From positions 174,855 through 238,854 of the forward strand of contig CAWACO010000003.1 in NCBI GenBank assembly GCA_963780485.1: a DNA stretch of 64,000 bases. Direction: 5' to 3'. Below are positions 20,857 through 31,123 of the stretch, one piece after another. The DNA is from Bryobacterales bacterium (GTDB taxonomy: Bacteria; Acidobacteriota; Terriglobia; Bryobacterales; Bryobacteraceae). The position numbers and the translations under genes were made by a program. The notes under the pieces are model-generated. The model searched no databases, was not told the DNA's origin, and saw only the letters and a program-made list of their open reading frames with translations. The first letter of the stretch is position 1. The number at the start of each line of letters is the position of its first letter.

Positions 20857-20871
20857 TGGCACTACAAATGC
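20857..20871 (+). promoter_or_regulatory. Candidate sigma-54 -24/-12 promoter (TGGCAC-N5-ATGC)
   Basis: TGGCACTACAAATGC has GG and GC at the canonical 12-nt offset and one mismatch within the 15-nt TGGCAC-N5-TTGC core; the flanking base is C where the extended consensus TTGCA has A. It lies about 50 nt upstream of ATG 20923. Confidence 0.3.
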
Positions 20872-20922
20872 CTCTTGAATGGCGATGGACAAATTACATC
20901 AGCAGCTCAACGGACGAGTCGT

Positions 20923-21597
20923 ATGACCAAGACTGCTAAGGTATATATCGCGACGGTGATCGTGATTGGAGCAGCGGCGACGGTGTTCGCCCTCGCTCAC
21001 TGGCGCTCGGACGATCCTGCGCGCTTTGCAATGTTCCTGGTGCTGTTCCTCGCCGCAGCGACGTTGAAGTGCTGCGTACCTGGAGTCGCCGGAACCTATT
21101 CCCCCATATTCTTTTTTGCACTGCTTGGTTCCACAACCTTGTCGCTGCCTGAAGTCTGGATGGCCTCGGCATTAGCCGGAATGGTCGGGACTGTCTACAA
21201 ACCGAAATATAAGCCCTCGTTGCTCAAGGTTGGCTTTAACGGGGCGAACATGGGTCTATCCACCGCGGCGGCCTATGTGTTCGTGCAGCAAGTGATTCCC
21301 GGGCTAGCGGAGCAACCCGCGCTGGTGTGCATGATCTTCGGCGCGGTGGCGTACTACGTGGTCAACACCAGCGTGCTGTCGTTGGTAGTCGCACTCACAG
21401 AACATGGCTCATTCTCTGACACATTTCGAAATATGTGCGTTGGCAGCTTGCCCTATTATGTTGTGGGAGTGCTGCTCACGGATGCAACCGATCCGGTGGC
21501 ACAGGTGCTGGCTGCAGTGATTGTTCCGTCTATTCTGCTGGCGACATACTGTTACCGGTCGCGCGATGAAATGCGAGCAGTAACCGCGATCGCCTGA
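20923..21597 (+). CDS. Polytopic membrane protein resembling the N-terminal sensor module of HD-GYP/GGDEF proteins, without an output domain
   Basis: About 6-7 TM helices. MTKTAKVYIATVIVIGAAATVFALAHW...FAMFLVLFLAAATLKCCVPGVAGTYSPIFFF matches a membrane module I recall as the N-terminus of acidobacterial/deltaproteobacterial HD-GYP proteins. The ORF track start is 20875. Confidence 0.5.
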   Translation: MTKTAKVYIATVIVIGAAATVFALAHWRSDDPARFAMFLVLFLAAATLKCCVPGVAGTYSPIFFFALLGSTTLSLPEVWMASALAGMVGTVYKPKYKPSLLKVGFNGANMGLSTAAAYVFVQQVIPGLAEQPALVCMIFGAVAYYVVNTSVLSLVVALTEHGSFSDTFRNMCVGSLPYYVVGVLLTDATDPVAQVLAAVIVPSILLATYCYRSRDEMRAVTAIA

Positions 21598-21607
21598 TCA
21601 AATAGCA

Positions 21608-22933
21608 ATGGCGCAGGTCTCTGACAGTCGGAGACCTGCGAAAGGCTCGTTCAGCACAGCCGTTCAGGCTGATATCATAGCGGCGTTGAGCACATCCACT
21701 AGAACCGCGCCAGTTACGGGTCGCGGACTCCGGCTGCGCTGGTACATTTGCGGGCTGCTGTTCTTCGCCACCACCATCAACTACATCGACCGGCAGGTGC
21801 TGGGCTTATTAAAACCCGTGATCTCGCGAGAGCTGCACTGGACGGAAGCCGATTTCGGATGGATCATCTCCGCGTTTCAGATGGCCTACGCGATCATGAT
21901 GCCGCTGGCCGGACGCCTGGTGGATTGGATCGGCCCCAAGCGCGGCTACGCGATCGCGGTGATCTTCTGGAGCCTGGCGGCGATGAGCCACTCGCTGGCG
22001 CGCAGCGTTTTTCAATTCGCGACAGCGCGGTTTGCGCTGGGCCTGGGGGAGTCCGCCAACTTCCCGGCTGCCCTCCGAACCGTAGCCGATTGGTTTCCGC
22101 AAAACGAGCGCGCGCTGGCGACGGGCCTCTTCAACAGCGGAACTAATATCGGTGCGCTGGTTGCGCCACTCGCGATTCCCTGGATTACAGTGCGCTTCGG
22201 CTGGCGGCCGGCGTTTCTGTTCACCAGCGTCCTGGTGCTGATCTGGCTGATCCTATGGTTCACGACTTATCGGCATCCGCCGGCGTCCGTGGTGCGTGCC
22301 GACAGCACGCCTGCGAGCCGGTTGCCATACATAAGCCTGCTGACCGAGCGCAGAACCTGGGCCTACCTGCTGGGTAAGGTCCTGACGGATCCGGTGTGGT
22401 GGTTTTACCTGTACTGGCTGCCTGGCTTTTTGGACAAGAATTACGGACTCAACCTCTCGGCCATGGGTGCGCCGTTGGTGGCGGTGTACCTGCTGGCAGA
22501 CGTTGGCTCGGTGGCGGGAGGCTGGCTGTCGTCGTCGCTTCTAAAGCACGGCCTGACCGCGAATCGGGCGCGCAAGATCGCCATGTTCGTGTGCGCCATC
22601 GCGGTGACCGGAGTCATGTTCGTCCCATTCACGAAGGGCAATCTGTGGCTCGCCGTGGCTCTCATCGGTTTGGCGGCTGGCGCGCATCAGGGCTGGTCGG
22701 CAAATCTGTTTACGCTGCCGTCCGATCTGTTCCCGCAGGAAGCCGTTGGATCGGTGGTCGGATTGGGCGGGCTGGGCGGCGCGATCAGTGGTGCGCTGGC
22801 CGCTCCCCTGGTCGGCTACTGGCTCGATTTTTCGCACGGCGCCTACGGGCCGATATTCCTGGTGGCAGGCTCGATGTACCTGATCGCCTTGGGCGTGATT
22901 CACCTGATCGTTCCTAAACTCGAGCGACTTTAA
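21608..22933 (+). CDS. MFS transporter, ACS/hexuronate (ExuT-like) family
   Basis: 441 aa with 12 TM helices. The motif WYICGLLFFATTINYIDRQVLGLLKP...LAGRLVDWIGPKRG is typical of ExuT/ACS-family MFS proteins. Confidence 0.8.
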   Translation: MAQVSDSRRPAKGSFSTAVQADIIAALSTSTRTAPVTGRGLRLRWYICGLLFFATTINYIDRQVLGLLKPVISRELHWTEADFGWIISAFQMAYAIMMPLAGRLVDWIGPKRGYAIAVIFWSLAAMSHSLARSVFQFATARFALGLGESANFPAALRTVADWFPQNERALATGLFNSGTNIGALVAPLAIPWITVRFGWRPAFLFTSVLVLIWLILWFTTYRHPPASVVRADSTPASRLPYISLLTERRTWAYLLGKVLTDPVWWFYLYWLPGFLDKNYGLNLSAMGAPLVAVYLLADVGSVAGGWLSSSLLKHGLTANRARKIAMFVCAIAVTGVMFVPFTKGNLWLAVALIGLAAGAHQGWSANLFTLPSDLFPQEAVGSVVGLGGLGGAISGALAAPLVGYWLDFSHGAYGPIFLVAGSMYLIALGVIHLIVPKLERL

Positions 22934-24240
22934 TGAATCTGGCGCATCACATCGAAACCCAGGGATAAGCCTGCCGGCGTGTCAGCGTTCGGAATTCCGG
23001 TATAGGTGGCGCGCGTTGCAGCCCGCTGGGAAACTGTGGTACCGGGACTGTTGGTCAGGGCCAAAGTGAAGGCGTGTCGCCAGATTTTTTTCTGGATCCC
23101 GAATGAGTACGCTGGGCGGTGAATGCCAAGCTCCGCGCCGTTGAGAAGCGTGGGGATGATCTCGGCGACCAGTGCCACGGTGGGCCGGATATCGACGGCC
23201 GCGCCGAAACCGATGGAGAAGGTATTCACGCCCGGAAAATCCGGGATCTGACTGGAGACAAGGCCTCCCGGCTCCAGGCGCCTGGCATTGAAGGAGAAGG
23301 TGGGAACGGCGTAGAACTGAGCGTGGGACGTGATGGTCCGCGAAAAAATTGTCTCGATGTTTTCGGTAAAACTCTTCTGGAAATTATTCTGACCTTCCAC
23401 CGAAACACGCACCGACATGTTCAGCGGAGCTTCGTGGTTTTCGTCCAGCAAATTGTATGCCGCCATGATTTGAATCGGCCGCTCGATAAACGACGGCGAT
23501 CGCCAAACAGAGACCGAGAGCTTGTCCGTCACGCCGTACCTTAGACCGAAGGAGGAGATCGACACGCTGTCCAGTCCCAACAGTTCTCCGCCCTTGCCGG
23601 GGCCTGTAAAAGCAGTATCCAAGAAGCGGTGTGAGAAATTTACATAGAGACCATGCCGATCCACTTCCCTACCCGTGGGCAGGCTGACCAGCACATCGTC
23701 GCCGGGCTGATAGACGCCGGGGGCAGCGGCTTCCTGCGGCGCGGTGGAACTCGAGCCGGGAGCGGTCGTCGCGAACGAGCGGATGTAGGCTGCCAGTTCC
23801 ATAATCTGCGCGTCGGATAGCTTGCCTGACCAGGCCGGCATTCGGCCGGGCTTGCCATTGCGAATGGTGTCCACGACTTGCTGGTCGCTGAGGCCGCTTT
23901 GGATCGAGCGGCTCGTAAAGTCAGGCGTCCCGGCGCTGCGCGTGCCCTTCCCATCGGTCCCATGGCAACTCGCACAGTTCTGTTGAAAAAGGCCTGCGGC
24001 GGGCGATAGGACTGGAGAAGCACTGGTTTGAGAGACAGCCGTTCCGGCGTCGCGGACGCTCCCGGCAGCTACGTCAACTACATATTGTTTGCCGGCCACA
24101 TCCAGCAGCAAGGTGGAGTGGGAGGCATCGAGATAGGAGACATGAGGTGCCGCGCCTTGATTATCGTCCGCATTTGCATGCGAAACGAGAACCAGACAAG
24201 CAGACAGAAGTGTTCCGGTAAAGCGTACTTGCAGCTTCAT
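22930..24240 (-). CDS. Secreted c-type cytochrome domain fused to a DUF5777-like beta-barrel
   Basis: Signal peptide, CASCHGTDGKG haem motif, then a C-terminal half of alternating beta-strand character ending in an aromatic-rich barrel-like tail. Confidence 0.65.
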   Translation of the reverse strand: MKLQVRFTGTLLSACLVLVSHANADDNQGAAPHVSYLDASHSTLLLDVAGKQYVVDVAAGSVRDAGTAVSQTSASPVLSPAAGLFQQNCASCHGTDGKGTRSAGTPDFTSRSIQSGLSDQQVVDTIRNGKPGRMPAWSGKLSDAQIMELAAYIRSFATTAPGSSSTAPQEAAAPGVYQPGDDVLVSLPTGREVDRHGLYVNFSHRFLDTAFTGPGKGGELLGLDSVSISSFGLRYGVTDKLSVSVWRSPSFIERPIQIMAAYNLLDENHEAPLNMSVRVSVEGQNNFQKSFTENIETIFSRTITSHAQFYAVPTFSFNARRLEPGGLVSSQIPDFPGVNTFSIGFGAAVDIRPTVALVAEIIPTLLNGAELGIHRPAYSFGIQKKIWRHAFTLALTNSPGTTVSQRAATRATYTGIPNADTPAGLSLGFDVMRQIH

Positions 24241-24312
24241 GCCGGGTTAGATGCTCTTGAGCCTTGGTATGAAATTGCGGAATTGTAACAAGTACGTAAA
24301 ATAGCGCGGCCG

Positions 24313-24921
24313 TTACTGCACCCGCGTCACTTCCAGTCCTTTGCCGATCTCGAGCGTGATGGATTGCGTGCCGGGGCGACTGCGGACGTGGGCGACGTAA
24401 TCGGAAAGGGAATGCGAAATGATATTGTCGGCGACGATGATTCCGCCTGGCCGCACGCGCAGCATGTCGAAGAAGCGGATGTAGTCTTCTTTTTCACAGT
24501 CGATGAGCGCGAAGTCGAGGCCGGCTTGGCGCGGAATGACAGTTGCCGCATCAGCCAGGATAAAGTCCACATGCTTGGCGAGATCCAGCCGAGATAGAGT
24601 TTCTTTTGCGTCGGCTTGACGCACGGGCTCCTGCTCGATTGAGATCACGAGCCCGCTAGTCGCGCGGGCTGCCGCTGCCAGAGCGATCGTGGAGATGCCG
24701 CTCGATCCGCCGATCTCCAGAATTCTCTTAGCCTCGATACCTGCGGCCAAAGCATGAATGAATTCGGCGCTGGGCGGTTCTAGATTGCGATGGCGATCGG
24801 CTTGTGGGAGGCTTTGTGCGTCCTGGTCGAGCTTGCGCGCCCATAGGCGATCGATCTCGGCGCGCTCTTCGGTTCTTAGCATCGCTGAGCATTTTACCAA
24901 GCGGCGATTTTCGGCTATCAT
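24313..24921 (-). CDS. Class I SAM-dependent O-methyltransferase (COG4122-like)
   Basis: ILEIGGSSGISTIALA (motif I), then LIDCEKEDY and GGIIVADNI. The start may instead be the internal Met at about 24882. Confidence 0.75.
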   Translation of the reverse strand: MIAENRRLVKCSAMLRTEERAEIDRLWARKLDQDAQSLPQADRHRNLEPPSAEFIHALAAGIEAKRILEIGGSSGISTIALAAAARATSGLVISIEQEPVRQADAKETLSRLDLAKHVDFILADAATVIPRQAGLDFALIDCEKEDYIRFFDMLRVRPGGIIVADNIISHSLSDYVAHVRSRPGTQSITLEIGKGLEVTRVQ

Positions 24922-24963
24922 ATCTAGAAACCGCCTCTTCCCAATTAAGAACCAGGAACTCCG

Positions 24964-26175
24964 ATGGCTACACCTGCCCCCACACTGAGCCTCAAGGAGG
25001 TCTTGCGGCTAAGACCAGTCCGCAGGTTGTGGGCGGCGCAGGTAGTGAGCATCTTTGGCGATTTCCTGGCCATCTTCGCGATCTACAGCGTGGTGTCGTT
25101 TCGCATGCACGCCACGGCGACTGAGATCAGCCTGATCCTGGTCTCATTCCTGCTGCCGCTGGCTATCGTCGGGCCAGTGGCCGGCGTGTTTGTGGATCGC
25201 TGGAACGTGAAGCGCACCATGATCGCCAGCGACCTGACGCGCGCGGTGCTGGCGGCGCTGCTGGTTAATGCCACCGACATCCGAGAGATTTACGTAATTC
25301 TTTTTGCTTTGAGCTCTGTTTCCAGTTTCTTTATCCCGGCGCAGTCGGTGACATTACGGACCATCGTTCCCCCGGCCGGCCTGATGAGCGCCAACGCGCT
25401 GATGCAAAGTGCCATTCAATTGGTCCAAGTTATCAGCCCGGCGATCGCCGGCGTTCTGGTGGCATCGGTCAGTGCAAAGGCCTGCTTCTGGCTGGACAGC
25501 GTGAGCTTTCTTTTTTCAGCGTTGATGATCTATACGCTGAAGATCGATCGGGAACGATCCACGAAGCCTTTGAATCTCTCGAATGTGATCTCAGAAATGA
25601 ACGCGGGAATGAAATTCATTTTCACGCACAGTGCGGTCTCTTTCGTGATCATTTCCTTAATGGCCGGTATGTTCGCCATCCGGTGCTTTTTTGCTTTGAT
25701 CGCGGTCTATGTGCGCGACGTGCTGCATGGCGGATCGACGCTTTTCGGCTCCATCAGCTCGCTGGTGGGCATCGGTATTATCGTCGGCACGCAATTCATT
25801 CGCCATTTCGCGCGCAAGAGATCTAAGGGACACCTCGTGATCCTGGGTTTGGTCGGGATCGGCATATCGATTGTTCTGATGGCTGCTTTCGCGAATATAC
25901 CGGTGACGATGGTGGCCACACTCGGCATCGGTTTCTGGGTCGGGTTCCTGATCGTGCCCACGCAGGTTCTGCTGCAGGAGGAGACACCCAAGGAAATGCT
26001 GGGACGAGTGAGCAGCAGCCTGATGTCGGTGATGTCGCTATCGCAGGTGCTGGCTATGTCGGGCGCGGGCCCCATCGCGGAGGCTATCGGAATCCGAAAT
26101 CTCTACTATTTGAGCGCGGCGTTACTGCTGGCCATCGCGGCGTTTGGTTATTCGAGAATTCCAAAGCAGGCCTGA
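24964..26175 (+). CDS. MFS transporter (EntS/DUF894-like)
   Basis: 403 aa with 12 predicted TM helices. The N-terminal RRLWAAQVVSIFGDFL motif is typical of this MFS subgroup. Confidence 0.8.
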   Translation: MATPAPTLSLKEVLRLRPVRRLWAAQVVSIFGDFLAIFAIYSVVSFRMHATATEISLILVSFLLPLAIVGPVAGVFVDRWNVKRTMIASDLTRAVLAALLVNATDIREIYVILFALSSVSSFFIPAQSVTLRTIVPPAGLMSANALMQSAIQLVQVISPAIAGVLVASVSAKACFWLDSVSFLFSALMIYTLKIDRERSTKPLNLSNVISEMNAGMKFIFTHSAVSFVIISLMAGMFAIRCFFALIAVYVRDVLHGGSTLFGSISSLVGIGIIVGTQFIRHFARKRSKGHLVILGLVGIGISIVLMAAFANIPVTMVATLGIGFWVGFLIVPTQVLLQEETPKEMLGRVSSSLMSVMSLSQVLAMSGAGPIAEAIGIRNLYYLSAALLLAIAAFGYSRIPKQA

Positions 26176-26294
26176 GCAACGTATCTTATTCATATCCTTG
26201 GTGCTTGAGTCGGCAATAGCTTAGCACGGAATGGTTCTTAGCAATCGAGTGGCCTAGTGTCAAGAGCCCTGACCCGGTGTTATTATGGCTACAG

Positions 26295-27914
26295 ATGTCG
26301 ATGCTGTCGCCACGACTGCAACTGAAAGTCTCACAGAAGCAGATTCTGACACCGGGACTGGTCCAGATGGTGACGGTCCTGCAATTGAATCGCCTGGAGT
26401 TGAAGGACATGATCACCCAGGAGATTGCCGAGAATCCGGTCCTGGAAGAGACGGCGGACGGAGTCGAGGAACTAACTCCGGAGGAAGTGCAGGCGATTCT
26501 CGAATCTGAGCGCACCTCTGAGCCATCCGATCAAACCATCCTTGAAACGGTGAACGGAGCAGCGGCGGCGGAGCCTGGAGTGGCTGCGGACGGCACCGAA
26601 GCAGCGGCTGGGTTTGATTACGACGGGGTTGCTCCGGCGGCCATGGAGGCAACGGCTACCGCACCGGCTACCGAAGTGGATGCTCCGGCTACCGACCCAG
26701 CTACCGAGCAGAAAACCGACAAAGACCCCTTTGACGAGATCGATTTCGGTACTTTTTTTGACGAATATCTGGATCCTGGGTACAAGAGTCCGGCGTCGGA
26801 AAACGTCGAAAAACCCTCCTTTGAGACTTTCCTCTCCTCTCCCGTAACACTGGCCGATCATCTGCATTCGCAGTTGAGCGTGCTGGTGATGTCCGAAGAT
26901 GTGCGGGATGCGGCCGCGAACATCATCGGCAACCTGGACGAGAACGGCTACCTGACGGCCACGCTGGAGGAGATCGCCGAATCGGGCCAGCATTCCATCG
27001 AAGAGGTTCAGGAAGGCCTGCGGATCGTGCACTCGCTCGACCCGGCGGGCGTGGGCGCCAAGGATGTGCGGGAGTGCCTGCTGCTGCAGATCGAGAGCCG
27101 GAATGGCCACGGCGGCGTGGCCTGGAAGATCGTGGCCGATCATTTAAAGCTGCTCGAGACCCGGCAGATCAAGGAAATCGCCAAGGTGCTGGGCCGGCCG
27201 ATGGAGCATATCCAGGTCGCCCTCGACGTCATCCGCCACCTGGATCCGTATCCGGGGCTGCGCTATTCGGACCAAGGCGCACGCCAGATCGAGCCGGATG
27301 TTTACATCTTCAAAGAGGGTGACGACTACATCATCCAGTTGAACGATGACGATCTTCCGCAGCTTCGCCTGAACGCGCAATACCGGAAGATGCTGGATCG
27401 CGATCACGAGCCGAACAAAGAGATTCGAAACTACGTCAAGGATCGCTACGCGGCGGCCATCCAGCTTATCAAGAACATCGAGCAGCGCAAACAGACCATT
27501 CTGAAGGTTTGCCAGTCGATCGTACGGCGGCAGCTCGAATTTCTGGAGCATGGCATCGACCAGCTCAAGCCGATGATGATCAAGGAAGTGGCCGAGGAGA
27601 TCGGCGTTCACCCCTCCACGGTCAGCCGCGCGGTGGCGAGCAAATATGCGGACACGCCCCAGGGCGTATTTGAGCTGCGTTACTTTTTCTCGGAAGCCGT
27701 GCAGGGCATCGCCGGCAGCGGGACGCCGCTGTTGATCCTGAAGCGGAGAGTGAAGAAGATGATCGAAGAAGAGGATGCGCAGCACCCTCTCACAGACGAG
27801 CAGATCACGGCTCGCCTGAAGTCGGAAGGTATCGACGTCACCCGTAGAACGGTTGCAAAATACAGAGAAGATATGAAGATCCCGTCCACGCATCAGCGGC
27901 GGACGCGCAACTAA
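26295..27914 (+). CDS. rpoN: RNA polymerase sigma-54 factor
   Basis: Region I (LQLKVSQKQILTPGLVQMVTVLQL), an acidic region II, and a C-terminal HTH plus RpoN box (ARRTVAKYRE-type: TRRTVAKYREDMKIPS). The start is taken at Met 26295. The ORF track begins at GTG 26277. Confidence 0.95.
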   Translation: MSMLSPRLQLKVSQKQILTPGLVQMVTVLQLNRLELKDMITQEIAENPVLEETADGVEELTPEEVQAILESERTSEPSDQTILETVNGAAAAEPGVAADGTEAAAGFDYDGVAPAAMEATATAPATEVDAPATDPATEQKTDKDPFDEIDFGTFFDEYLDPGYKSPASENVEKPSFETFLSSPVTLADHLHSQLSVLVMSEDVRDAAANIIGNLDENGYLTATLEEIAESGQHSIEEVQEGLRIVHSLDPAGVGAKDVRECLLLQIESRNGHGGVAWKIVADHLKLLETRQIKEIAKVLGRPMEHIQVALDVIRHLDPYPGLRYSDQGARQIEPDVYIFKEGDDYIIQLNDDDLPQLRLNAQYRKMLDRDHEPNKEIRNYVKDRYAAAIQLIKNIEQRKQTILKVCQSIVRRQLEFLEHGIDQLKPMMIKEVAEEIGVHPSTVSRAVASKYADTPQGVFELRYFFSEAVQGIAGSGTPLLILKRRVKKMIEEEDAQHPLTDEQITARLKSEGIDVTRRTVAKYREDMKIPSTHQRRTRN

Positions 27915-27946
27915 CAGAAGTTCTCCCGAATAAGGGAGGCAGTCCC

Positions 27947-28540
27947 ATGAAAATCAACTATACAGGCAGGCACGACGCATTTCCTCCGAAACAGCGGGCC
28001 AAGTTGGAGGCTAAGCTGCAAAAGATAGCGAAATTGGTGGAGCGCAAGGGCGAAAGAGAGGCGCACGTGATTCTCACGCTGGAGCGGTTCCTGCACAAGA
28101 TCGAGATCACGTTTAATGCCTGGGAGCACTCGTTCGTAGGCGTGGGGTCCGATCGAGATCTCGAGGTTGCGGCGAATACGGCTCTCGACAAATTGGAAAA
28201 GCAGATTGTGAAACTGCGAACGAAATGGCGCGACACCAGCCGCCGGCATAAAGATAAGGAAGCCACGGTATCGCAGCCCATCCCGGAAGCCGGTGCTCCT
28301 GTTGGGCGCGCGAAAAGCGGAAGAATTTCAGCTTCGTCGGCAGCCCCGGCCAAAGCGGACCGCAAGAAGGTTTTCCGCGTCAACCACGGCGATGGCAGCA
28401 GCAAACCCATGACCCTGGAAGAAGCGATGCTCGAAATGGAAGCCTCGCAGGACTACATGGTCTATCGCGATGCCCGCACCGACCGCGTCACGGTTCTGAT
28501 GCGGCGTCCGGATGGGCACTTCGACCTGATCGAAAGCTAG
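27947..28540 (+). CDS. hpf: Ribosome hibernation promoting factor, long form
   Basis: MKINYTGRH...KLEAKLQKI...AHVILTLERFLHKIEIT forms the S30AE N-domain. The C-terminal dimerisation domain is KPMTLEEAMLEMEASQDYMVYRDARTDRVTVLMRRPDGHFDLIE. It follows rpoN, with a GGGAGG RBS. Confidence 0.9.
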   Translation: MKINYTGRHDAFPPKQRAKLEAKLQKIAKLVERKGEREAHVILTLERFLHKIEITFNAWEHSFVGVGSDRDLEVAANTALDKLEKQIVKLRTKWRDTSRRHKDKEATVSQPIPEAGAPVGRAKSGRISASSAAPAKADRKKVFRVNHGDGSSKPMTLEEAMLEMEASQDYMVYRDARTDRVTVLMRRPDGHFDLIES

Positions 28541-28544
28541 CCGA

Positions 28545-29447
28545 GTGGCCAAGAGCGAGCCGGCGGCCCCCCGTGGCAAGCATCCAGAGCCACAGCGCGC
28601 GGAACTTGTCATCATCACCGGGTTGAGCGGATCGGGCAAAGGGACGGTTCTCAAAGCCTTCGAGGACCTGGGCTACTACGCAGTCGACAATCTTCCGATC
28701 GGACTGATCCCGAAATTTGCGGAACTGACCAGAGAGGCGCCCAACGTTCGCCGCGCGGCGCTGGTAATAGACATTCGCGAGGGCCAAACTCTCAAACAAT
28801 TCCCAGCCATCTTCAAGAAGCTACGACATCGCGTCGCAGCCACTCTGCTGTTTTTAGAAGCTGACGACCGCACGATCGTGCGCCGTTTCAGTGAAACGCG
28901 CCGCCCGCATCCGCTGGGCGTGGATGCTTCGGTGTTCAAGAGCATCCGCAACGAGCGCGAACAACTGGCGCCTATCCGCGCCGTAGCCGATCACATCATC
29001 AACACGTCCAAATTCAACGTGCACGAGCTGAGGGAGGTGATCGGCGACAAATTTCAGGGCGGCCGCGAGGAGGCCAAGATCCGAATCGATATCACCAGCT
29101 TCGGCTACCGGCACGGTGTGCCGCCGGACAGCGATCTGGTGTTCGATGTGCGATTCCTTCCGAATCCGAACTACATTCCGGCCTTCAAGAATCTGAGCGG
29201 GCGGCATCCCAGCGTGGCGCGCTACATCCGGTCGTTCCCGCAGAGCGTGGAATTTATCGACCGGATTTCAGAGCTGCTGATTTACTTGATCCCGCACTAC
29301 ATTCGGGAAGGCAAGAGCTATTTGACGATCGCGTTCGGCTGCACGGGGGGACATCATCGGTCGGTCATGATCGCGAGCGAGATCCGGAAGCGGCTGGCGC
29401 GGGCGGGGTTCAAGGTGAAGGAGACGCATCGGGACGTGAAGCGGTAA
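28545..29447 (+). CDS. rapZ: RNase adapter protein RapZ (YhbJ)
   Basis: Walker A motif IITGLSGSGKG, plus YYAVDNLP and the C-terminal FGCTGGHHRSV motif. GTG start. Confidence 0.95.
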   Translation: MAKSEPAAPRGKHPEPQRAELVIITGLSGSGKGTVLKAFEDLGYYAVDNLPIGLIPKFAELTREAPNVRRAALVIDIREGQTLKQFPAIFKKLRHRVAATLLFLEADDRTIVRRFSETRRPHPLGVDASVFKSIRNEREQLAPIRAVADHIINTSKFNVHELREVIGDKFQGGREEAKIRIDITSFGYRHGVPPDSDLVFDVRFLPNPNYIPAFKNLSGRHPSVARYIRSFPQSVEFIDRISELLIYLIPHYIREGKSYLTIAFGCTGGHHRSVMIASEIRKRLARAGFKVKETHRDVKR

Positions 29448-29512
29448 AATCGTGCGCCGGGCGAATTGCAACGCAGGCCTTTTACATGCTATTCCTCGTC
29501 AAAGGAGCGAAA

Positions 29513-31123
29513 ATGAAGACCAATTGGATTGGGCTCGCTAGTGTCGCGGCATTAACGTTAGCCGCCACGAGCACGGCCGCCGGACAGGGCAGACCGCAGC
29601 AGCAACGCGACATCACCATCCCGCCCGGGCAGCAGCCGCAGCAGCAACAGCAGCGCACCCAGACTCGCACGCCTGAGGAGCAGCAGCCGACTCCGCTCGC
29701 GCCCGAACAAGGACAGACACAGCCGCCCCGCCGCGGACCGGCGCCGGAAGAAAAATCCGTGGTGACGCACCACAGCGCTCGCATCGGTGGCCAGCAGATC
29801 AATTACACTGCGACGGCGGCCACTTATGTCATCAAAGCCGAGGACGACACACCCAAGGCCACCTTCTTCTTCGTCGCATACACGAAGGATGACGTGTCCG
29901 ACAATTCCAAGCGCCCGGTGTCATTCGTTTACAACGGCGGCCCCGGCGCGGCTTCGCTCTTCACCCACATGGGACTCGGGCCGAAGCGCGTCCTACTCAC
30001 ACCCGATGGGCACGGCATGGCGGCGCCCTACCAGATTGTCGATGACGAGGATTCTTTTCTCGATGCGACCGACCTGGTTTTTGTGGACGCCATCGGAACT
30101 GGGTACAGCCGTCCGGCGCCCGGCCAGAACCCGGCGCAGTTCTACGGAATCATCGAGGATGCGAACTATTTTTCCGATTTCATTTACCAATACGTGACGC
30201 GCAATGAGCGCTGGGACTCGCCCAAGTTTCTGATCGGCGAAAGCTACGGGACCACGCGCTCGGCGGAGCTTGCGGGCGTGTTACAGCAGCGGCACGAGAT
30301 TTACATGAATGGAATTGTTCTGGTTTCCTCAGTCGCCTTCGCGAACTGGGGCGCCGACGATCGCTTCATCTTTTTCCTGCCAACCTATGTCACGACGGCC
30401 TGGTATCACCACCTGCTGCCGCCTGATCTGCAGAAGGAGAACCTTGAATCGGTGGCGCAGGCGGCGCGCCAGTTCGCGCACGGCGAATATGCGCAGGCGC
30501 TTGAGAAGGGTGACGAACTAGCCCCTTCCGATTACAAGAAAGTGGTGCAGGATATGGCGCGCTTCACCGGTTTGTCTCCCAAGTACATCGAGGAGAGCAA
30601 TCTACGGATTAGCCCGCAACGCTGGTTCAAAGAGCTTCTGCGCGACAAGCGCAAGACCACCGGGCGGCTGGATTCACGCTTCACCGGCATGGACGTGGAT
30701 GCCGCGGGCGAGCGGGATGAATATGACCCCAGCGAGGCGTCCTATGAAGGCGCCTTCACGGCCACTTTTCAGGATTACCTGCGCCGCGAACTCGGGTGGA
30801 AGAGCGAAGCGCGTTACCTGGTGAGCGGCAACGTCCGGCCCTGGGACCAGACAGGAAACACAGCAGTGGCCGAAGTGCTACGATCCGCAATGACCCAGCA
30901 GAGCAATCTGAAAGTGCTGGTGGTGTGCGGCTATTACGACGTCGCCACGCCCTTCAACGGCATCGAGCAGACAGTGTCGCACATGAGCCTGGAGCCATCC
31001 ATGCGGAAAAATATCAGCTTCGCGTACTACGAATCGGGGCATATGGTCTACATCGATCGGAAGGCACACGACAAGCTGCACAAGGACGTCGACGATTTCA
31101 TCAATACCGGCTACCCGCGCTGA
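29513..31123 (+). CDS. Serine carboxypeptidase, peptidase S10 family, secreted, with a Gln/Pro-rich linker
   Basis: Signal peptide MKTNWIGLASVAALTLAA, with AGGAG upstream of ATG 29513. The Q-rich tract is QQPQQQQQRTQTRTPEEQQ. S10 motifs are VYNGGPGAAS and the catalytic-Ser context GESYGT. Confidence 0.85.
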   Translation: MKTNWIGLASVAALTLAATSTAAGQGRPQQQRDITIPPGQQPQQQQQRTQTRTPEEQQPTPLAPEQGQTQPPRRGPAPEEKSVVTHHSARIGGQQINYTATAATYVIKAEDDTPKATFFFVAYTKDDVSDNSKRPVSFVYNGGPGAASLFTHMGLGPKRVLLTPDGHGMAAPYQIVDDEDSFLDATDLVFVDAIGTGYSRPAPGQNPAQFYGIIEDANYFSDFIYQYVTRNERWDSPKFLIGESYGTTRSAELAGVLQQRHEIYMNGIVLVSSVAFANWGADDRFIFFLPTYVTTAWYHHLLPPDLQKENLESVAQAARQFAHGEYAQALEKGDELAPSDYKKVVQDMARFTGLSPKYIEESNLRISPQRWFKELLRDKRKTTGRLDSRFTGMDVDAAGERDEYDPSEASYEGAFTATFQDYLRRELGWKSEARYLVSGNVRPWDQTGNTAVAEVLRSAMTQQSNLKVLVVCGYYDVATPFNGIEQTVSHMSLEPSMRKNISFAYYESGHMVYIDRKAHDKLHKDVDDFINTGYPR

